Positions 58,450 to 64,000 of a stretch of DNA of 64,000 bases are shown here, one piece after another. The notes beneath the pieces were generated by a model that did no database searches, was not told where the DNA came from, and saw only the letters and a list, made by a program, of their open reading frames with translations. The stretch's first letter is position 1. Each line of letters opens with the position of its first letter. A program made the translations under genes and the position numbers. This DNA is from Bacillota bacterium (lineage in GTDB: Bacteria > Bacillota > Halanaerobiia > B1SED10-174): NCBI GenBank assembly GCA_007122335.1, contig SKTZ01000092.1:285-64284 (forward strand), written 5' to 3'.

Positions 58450-58950
58450 CCCCATGATCGAATTGGTATTCCGAAGCTCTGCTATGCTCTGTTTTCCTCC
58501 CCGGTTCCGCGGTGACCCTTTAGCGGAGTCCCAAACCCACGCCGATGGAGTGGCTGACTATTTTCGAATAAGGCAGTGGAGGCCAGAGAAGCCGGCATGC
58601 GTCGGGAGTGTTGATTTGTTTTCCAACCGATAACTCAAAGAGTTGCCGGCTGCTACGGCTCATGGTTCAAAAGCAAATTGTAAACAGGTGGTTATCAAGG
58701 CTTCTGGAAAAGACCTGTATGGGCTAGGGCAATCGAAGCTGGGGCGCTGGGAAGTATGGTAGACAGGTAAAGCGCCTGGCTGTCCCAAGGAACTGCGAGG
58801 TAGCGTAGGATGGATCAATGGGTAAGATGGCCGTAGAGCGAGCGAGGCCGAATTATTTGGAGGAAGAAACTGCCGCAATGCAGGGATGAACTAATGGATC
58901 GCAGCGAAATGGTTTAAGTGATGAAGAAATGGTATAGTGTAATCGACAGT
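58450..58950 (+). mobile_element. Group II intron fragment (structured RNA region followed by the first ~10 codons of the intron RT), 3-prime truncated
   Basis: About 470 nt is GC-rich, structured-looking and ORF-free. It is followed at 58921 by ATG AAG AAA TGG TAT AGT GTA ATC GAC (MKKWYSVID), which matches the typical (K)WYSLIDKV start of bacterial group II intron reverse transcriptases. The RT body and domains V/VI are missing, and I found no GTGYG 5-prime end. Confidence 0.45.
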
Positions 58951-59027
58951 CCTGTTAAGAGTAATTGGTGCTTTTCATTAGCAGAGCTTATCAAGACGCA
59001 TTTCAGCACGGGACGGAAATTTGAATC

Positions 59028-59426
59028 ATGGGTGGCATTGACATGAATACAACAAGAACGGAAGTTTTTATCCTTAAAGGATTACTCATCACGTATATTC
59101 TTGCGGGGATCGGCATTGCGGGGCTGAATCAAGGCTATGCTCCTGCTGGGATGGCCCAACTGATTGACACAGTTTGGCATGCCTACGAAAACTGGTCCAA
59201 GATGCTGTTGATCATTGTCGGAGTCATTCTAACCATTCGAATCATGGGACAGCAAGGAGCGAGCAAGCTTCGTCGAAGGAACCTGTATGGGTTTTCTATC
59301 GTAGCTTTAATCATTCATATCATAGGCCCCATTTTGACCACCAATAGTGAACTCTACCTTTTCACTATGCCTCTGCATTGGAACTCTCTGCCCCTGCAAG
59401 CAGCGGCCTCCGAATCTCCCTATTAA
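59028..59426 (+). CDS. Hypothetical polytopic membrane protein, possibly a truncated fragment
   Basis: Four predicted TM segments, followed by about 320 nt of non-coding DNA. No family recognised. Confidence 0.35.
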   Translation: MGGIDMNTTRTEVFILKGLLITYILAGIGIAGLNQGYAPAGMAQLIDTVWHAYENWSKMLLIIVGVILTIRIMGQQGASKLRRRNLYGFSIVALIIHIIGPILTTNSELYLFTMPLHWNSLPLQAAASESPY

Positions 59427-59746
59427 AGAATAAAATCCTTTTTCACCTCGGTATGTAAATCTCAAAAAGAATTGGTTTCCTAATAACCACTACCCCTTTT
59501 AAAATTACCGTAAGCTCCCGTAAAACTTCTCAATATGGTTAAGGAATGAATTTTCAATTTTCATTAATACCCAGGCAAAAAAGGTTTTGAGAAAGGATTC
59601 TAAAAAGGAAGATGCTGAGAAAACTGACATTAACAATTCCGGGTGAGGGTTTATAAATATTCCTTGCCCTGGTGGCAGAGTGCTGATAATTAATTAAAAA
59701 GATAAAGAAAAATTCCCCGCGGATTTATTTTACAAAGGAAGCCTCT

Positions 59747-60019
59747 TCAAATATTCAGGAAATTCAGGAATTCTCGGAATTTTTTTTGTATAATATCCTG
59801 ATTAAGATGGTAATAATGAGAAGGCGCTTCAACCCTCATCCCCACAACTCCCTGCATTTTCAGCTGCCCTAAATGCCGGGATACGGTGGAAGGCTGGATT
59901 TCCATTTTTTCTGCTATTTCTTCAACAGTCATTTCACCATTTTTACCCAGTAAATGAAGAATTCCGTTTCTAGATTCATGGGCGAAGCTTTTAAAAAAGT
60001 AAGCGTGTTTTTCTGGCAT
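59747..60019 (-). CDS. ArsR/SmtB-family transcriptional regulator
   Basis: Contains FKSFAHESRNGILHLL...MTVEEIAEKMEIQPSTVSRHLGQLK (wHTH). ATG at 60019 follows AAGGAGGT. Confidence 0.85.
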   Translation of the reverse strand: MPEKHAYFFKSFAHESRNGILHLLGKNGEMTVEEIAEKMEIQPSTVSRHLGQLKMQGVVGMRVEAPSHYYHLNQDIIQKKFREFLNFLNI

Positions 60020-60086
60020 CAAGATACCTCCTTAGAAAGATAGTAAAAAATAGTGAAAAATAATTTCCCAGTAGCCCTTTAACTTA

Positions 60087-60158
60087 TTGACAAATTAGCA
60101 TATTCTATAATATACTATATATGCACATATGAGCATTTGTCAAGATATAAATATGTGC
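60087..60158. promoter_or_regulatory. Divergent promoter/operator region with nested inverted repeats
   Basis: TTGACAAAT (60087-60095) pairs with ATTTGTCAA (60135-60143). GCACATAT (60123-60130) pairs with ATATGTGC (60151-60158). A possible promoter is TTGACA-18-TATACT. Confidence 0.45.
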
Positions 60159-60745
60159 AAATGATAAAAAGAGGAAAAGGGGGGTTAAAATTGATTGCAA
60201 TTAAAAAAGGTTTGAGCAAAATCAGTTTAAAGTGGAAGATTTTCTTTGTCCTGGCTTTAGTTGGCGTAATCAGCTTTGGCTGGTATACTTCTTCAGTTAG
60301 AAGTGAGGATAGGGTTACAAAATCTTTTTCGAACATGCCGCTGGGGGTTATTCGGGCAATAAATGATCAGGGTGAAGAAGTAATTCTTTGGACAAAAGTA
60401 GCAACAACTTCTGAACAAAGAAGAGCAGGTTTTAGCGGAATTGGAGAAAATGTGGTAAGGGAAACTGCACTTCTGTTAATTTATCCTCGGGATACCACTG
60501 AAAGGCACAGTATTAGTGGGGTAAGGTTACCCCTGGAAATGGGCTTTTTCCAGGAGGACGGGACTCTCGTATCCATTTCCAGAACCACAGTGGGGGCATC
60601 AACCACTTACGGTGCTCCTGCGAGGGTAAACTACCGATATGTTTTAATGGCCCCGCAGGGTTATTTTGCAAGACATGCATTTTCAGTGGAAGGGGAAGCT
60701 AAATTGCTTCCGGACACCCTGTTACGTGCTCCATCCTGGCCCTAA
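60137..60745 (+). CDS. DUF192-like secreted or membrane-anchored protein
   Basis: N-terminal TM segment. The core resembles the DUF192 pattern (ATTSEQRRAGFSG...LLLIYP...LPLEMGFFQEDGTLVSI...YVLMAPQGYF). The start is uncertain (60137, 60161 or 60191). Confidence 0.45.
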   Translation: MSRYKYVQMIKRGKGGLKLIAIKKGLSKISLKWKIFFVLALVGVISFGWYTSSVRSEDRVTKSFSNMPLGVIRAINDQGEEVILWTKVATTSEQRRAGFSGIGENVVRETALLLIYPRDTTERHSISGVRLPLEMGFFQEDGTLVSISRTTVGASTTYGAPARVNYRYVLMAPQGYFARHAFSVEGEAKLLPDTLLRAPSWP

Positions 60746-60807
60746 GCTTTGTGTTCTTTTTGGAATAAATTAGACTTTGCTTTTAATGGATTTCTTAATA
60801 GGATAAT

Positions 60808-60851
60808 GCTCTTATTCAGGATTTAACCCTGAATAGAGCAAAACTTTTTTA
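60808..60851 (+). terminator. Intrinsic terminator; a second hairpin lies at 60865-60897
   Basis: Hairpin GCTCTTATTCAGG...CCTGAATAGAGC followed by AAAACTTTTTT. Next comes AAGGGTATA.CCGTT...AACGG.TATACCCTT. Confidence 0.65.
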
Positions 60852-61160
60852 AAAAAAGTGTTTTAAGGGTATAGCCGTTTTTTAACGGATATACCCTTTC
60901 TTTATTAGTTTGGATTACCACTTGTGATTTTGCTGAAGCGGGACTAATGGTTTCAGCTATTTTTACCTTAACGTTTTTCTGGAGTGATGAGCAAACATTA
61001 GCTTTTAAGCCCTGCTTATGGAAACTATCAGGGGATTGTGTTATTCTATTTACAGCAGGAGGAAATAAACCGAAATATTTTCCCTGATTTTTTAATCAAA
61101 TTCCTTATTGTTTATATTAGTCATTTAATTTATGAGCAAAAAAGAGAGAGGGTGAAGAGG

Positions 61161-61589
61161 ATGAAAGTAACAATGATGTTAGCTGATTCAGCCCAGGCGG
61201 TAAACGGAAAACTTTATATCCTGGGGGGAGGGTGGTCAATAATCGGTCCCAAGCCGCGACCGATGGCAATTGTCATGAAAATCGAAGTCCCCTGGGACCA
61301 GGCTAACATTGAGCAACGGTTTAGATTGAGACTTATTGATCAGGATGCCCGGCCGGTTATGATCCCCACGGAAAAAGGAGAGAGACCGGTTGAAATTTCC
61401 GGGACGTTTACAACAGGCCGGTCGGCACATCTTCCTTATGGTAAACCTGTTGGGGTTCCTCTTGCAATTAACCATCCCCCGATAAAAATTGAACCTGGTG
61501 CAAGCTATGTCTGGGAATTATATATTAACGATGATACCAGGGAAGATTGGAAGCTTGATTTCTCGGTAAGTACATCTGGAAGACGCTAA
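61161..61589 (+). CDS. Hypothetical protein (142 aa)
   Basis: ATG at 61161 follows GAGAGGGTGAAGAGG. Begins MKVTMMLADSAQAVNGKLYILGGGW. No confident family assignment. Confidence 0.5.
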   Translation: MKVTMMLADSAQAVNGKLYILGGGWSIIGPKPRPMAIVMKIEVPWDQANIEQRFRLRLIDQDARPVMIPTEKGERPVEISGTFTTGRSAHLPYGKPVGVPLAINHPPIKIEPGASYVWELYINDDTREDWKLDFSVSTSGRR

Positions 61590-61646
61590 GGATTTATTAG
61601 TATGAAGTCCCTCTTTTGTCTTTAAAAGCGGAGGTATGGAGTTCTT

Positions 61647-62564
61647 ATGAAAGAGATAATCGACCGTCTCATTGAAAAAAATCGGAAATGGGTAAAATAT
61701 GGGCAGGTAGCGACTTACATTCCTGAACTTTCCAAGCAGGACCCAAATCTGCTGGGCATAAGCATTTGTGATATAAAGGGAAATAAATTCAATGCAGGGG
61801 ATTGGAATGCAACCTTTACCCTGCAGAGTATTGCAAAGGTACCATCCTTTATCTGCGCCCTGCAGGATAATACCCTGGAGGTTTTATCGGGAAAAATAAG
61901 TGTTGCTCCAACCGCAGATGGTTTTAATTCAATCGAAAACCTGGAAACAAAAAATGAGAAGAAACCATTAAACCCCATGATAAACTCCGGGGCGATCGCT
62001 GCAATTTCTATGGTCAGGGGAAAAACCCTTGAAGAAAAATTTCAACGAATTTTCCAGATGATTAAAAAGATGGCGGGCAATGAAAATCTAAAAGTTAACG
62101 AAGCAGTTTATAAGTCGGAAAAAGAAACAGGTGATAGGAACCGGTCTTTAGCCTACTATATGAAAAGCACGGGAATCATTGACATAAATGTGGAAGATCT
62201 GCTCGATGTTTATTTCAGACTGTGCTCAATTGCAGTAAATTGTCAGGATGTTGCAGGAGTAGCAGGTGTTTTAGCTGGAGATGGTAAATCTCCCCTGGAT
62301 GGATCTGTTTTATTTGATGCTCAAACCGCAAAAATTGCCAAAGCAGTTATGGCCACCTGCGGCATGTATGACGGGTCTGGAGAATTTGCTGTGGAAGTCG
62401 GACTGCCAGGGAAAAGCGGAGTTGGTGGGGGTATAATGGCTGCCGTTCCAAAAAGAATGGGAATTGGTGTCCTGGGCCCTGCCCTGGATAGGAAAGGGAA
62501 CAGTCTGGCTGGCTGGAAGCTCCTGCAGGAACTGTCTGAAGAGCTTAATTTAAGTATTTTCTGA
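61647..62564 (+). CDS. glsA: Glutaminase A
   Basis: Contains GQVATYIPELSK, QSIAKV (the S-x-x-K nucleophile), NPMINSGAI and GKSGVGGGI. Confidence 0.9.
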   Translation: MKEIIDRLIEKNRKWVKYGQVATYIPELSKQDPNLLGISICDIKGNKFNAGDWNATFTLQSIAKVPSFICALQDNTLEVLSGKISVAPTADGFNSIENLETKNEKKPLNPMINSGAIAAISMVRGKTLEEKFQRIFQMIKKMAGNENLKVNEAVYKSEKETGDRNRSLAYYMKSTGIIDINVEDLLDVYFRLCSIAVNCQDVAGVAGVLAGDGKSPLDGSVLFDAQTAKIAKAVMATCGMYDGSGEFAVEVGLPGKSGVGGGIMAAVPKRMGIGVLGPALDRKGNSLAGWKLLQELSEELNLSIF

Positions 62565-62658
62565 AATTACTTATTGAGGGCTCCTCTTATTTTAAGAAAC
62601 GGAAATTCAAAAATATAACCGGAGTAAAATTACCCGGTAGATAAACGGTGGTGGGATT

Positions 62659-62955
62659 ATGCAAGCGAAAATAGATGTAAAAAAGGCAGTGGAAATTGCC
62701 ATTGAGTTTGCGGAACATATTTACGGGGGAGAGAAAGAAGAATCTCCCCTTCAGGCAAAAAGGGTCGAGGAAGTAGATTTCCTGGAAGAAAAAAACAGGT
62801 GGTTAATAACCCTGGGATGGAACGATACGGCTTTTAAGGAAATTCCCAGTGCAGAGATGGCAGGAGCTAAAAGCAAAATCCCCCGAACCTTCAAAGTTTT
62901 CCACATTGACGCTGAACTGGGGGAAGTTATTAAGATGGAAACAAAAGAACATTAA
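62659..62955 (+). CDS. Hypothetical small protein (98 aa)
   Basis: SD GGTGGTGGG. No family recognised. Confidence 0.45.
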   Translation: MQAKIDVKKAVEIAIEFAEHIYGGEKEESPLQAKRVEEVDFLEEKNRWLITLGWNDTAFKEIPSAEMAGAKSKIPRTFKVFHIDAELGEVIKMETKEH

Positions 62956-63360
62956 AATTGGTTTTTTGGAGTGGGAAAAAATTAAAGCCAAAAAAGGCTC
63001 ATTATAAAATGATATCAAATAGGTAGAAAAAGTAGAACCATGGCGAGAAACCATGGATTATTTTAGTAACAACATAAATACATATGGGGTTTCGGTAGAG
63101 AACTTATAAGAAAACTATCGTGCGGGAAATTTGTTCTCTTACTTTGATTTTTCCCATTCATTGTGACCATTTTTTAAATTGGGGTATTATAGTGGCAGTC
63201 TGGAGGAGTTTCATTTTTAGAAATTTTTCCAAAAAGGATAAAAAAAAGAAAAAAATATAGGGATACTACCCATTTGGGTAGTATTTTTCTCTTTTGGGAT
63301 ATGCTAACTTAACAATTAGACTATTTAGCAATTAAATAGACATTAAAAGGAGGTAAAAAA

Positions 63361-64000
63361 TTGAGCAAGAAAAAGAGTTCTGGAAAAATTTCTCTGGTGG
63401 TTGTCCTTGGCCTTTTTTTGGTATTAGTTCTGGCAGGTTGTGGAGGAGAGGTCAAGCCGACACTCTATAATGTTTCAGGAGAAATTCTGGATTCCAAGGG
63501 TAATGGAATTCCTGATGTTGACCTTTTGTTCAGTGGAGAATTTGGCACGGCCAAATCCAATGAAGAGGGGAAATGGACTGCAGTTGGTTTAACAGGAACC
63601 GTTACAGTTACACCTCAAAAAACCGGCAGGTATTTTTTTCCTGAGAACAGGGAATTAACCGTTGCCAGCAGCAGTGTCGATTTTACTGGACTGGTTTCCC
63701 AGGTTGTCAGCACGGCCCAGGAACTATCAGATGCTCTGGAAGATGAAGATATTGAAGTTGTTCTCCTGGAAGATGGAACTTTCCAGGGAGGATTTGTTGC
63801 TCAGTATTCGCAAATTATTAAAGCAATAAATGAACAAGGGGCAATTATCGATGCTGCTGGGGGTATTGGAATCGAGATAGCTGCGGACGATGTTACAGTA
63901 TCGGGAATAAAAATAATTAATGCAGGCATTTATGGGATTTTTGTTGACCAGGGTGAAAACGGAGGTTACACAGATATTACCATTAACGATTGCTACATTG
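63361..64000 (+). CDS. Lipoprotein with a carboxypeptidase-regulatory-like domain followed by a right-handed beta-helix (NosD/pectate-lyase-like) region; 3-prime end lies beyond the window
   Basis: TTG follows AAAAGGAGGT. Lipobox LVLAGCGG. My translation stays open to the window end. Repeats of the form GIGIEIAADDVTVSGIKIINAGIYGIFVD are present. It is not in the ORF track because it runs off the edge. Confidence 0.6.
   Translation, partial: MSKKKSSGKISLVVVLGLFLVLVLAGCGGEVKPTLYNVSGEILDSKGNGIPDVDLLFSGEFGTAKSNEEGKWTAVGLTGTVTVTPQKTGRYFFPENRELTVASSSVDFTGLVSQVVSTAQELSDALEDEDIEVVLLEDGTFQGGFVAQYSQIIKAINEQGAIIDAAGGIGIEIAADDVTVSGIKIINAGIYGIFVDQGENGGYTDITINDCYI

Noticed and set aside
58660-58878. 72-aa minus-strand ORF within the putative group II intron RNA
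   Set aside because: It has no SD, sits in GC-rich structured RNA, and its Pro/Ser/Leu-rich composition is not protein-like.

Overview
This 64-kb window is chromosomal DNA from an endospore-forming Bacillota (Firmicutes)-type genome. Most of it is the conserved origin-proximal housekeeping block in nearly the Bacillus subtilis order: guaB, tmk, darA, holB, yaaT/ricT, yabA, a TrmN6-like methyltransferase, a GIY-YIG protein, rsmI, abrB, a Met T-box leader with metG, tatD, then rsmA(ksgA), veg, ispE, purR, glnA, spoVG, glmU, prs, L25/ctc, pth, mfd, a YabM/SpoVB-type flippase, mazG and a DD-carboxypeptidase. A nine-tRNA operon follows, in the order Gln, Lys, fMet, Ser, Glu, Val, Asp, Thr, Ala. 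The left 12 kb carries metabolic and envelope genes: an M28-like peptidase, an LD-carboxypeptidase, a class II fumarase-type lyase, an Opu-type ABC importer with no ATPase gene, an SDR, an orphan SagB-type dehydrogenase, an M23 peptidase, LysO and a DUF362 Fe-S protein. Two stretches break the conserved synteny. (1) At 22.8-28.9 kb an opposite-strand block sits between tatD and a small radical SAM gene. It holds a very acidic lipoprotein, a putative beta-barrel protein ending in Phe, an HExxH plus beta-propeller protein, and a separate unit of four tandem micro-ORFs (26-33 aa). That unit has a near-consensus promoter, and the micro-ORFs are too short to appear in the ORF track. (2) At 55.2-59.4 kb, directly after the tRNA operon, lies a decayed island: an hsdM fragment, a class II photolyase pseudogene, an integrase C-terminal remnant, and a 3-prime-truncated group II intron fragment that lacks a recognisable 5-prime end. 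Together with an lnt gene, the beta-barrel candidate suggests a diderm Firmicute lineage; this is inference only. I saw no CRISPR array, rRNA gene or recognisable defence system. The micro-ORF operon and the adjacent envelope cluster are my best candidates for something undescribed. All homology statements come from motif recognition by eye, not from database searches.
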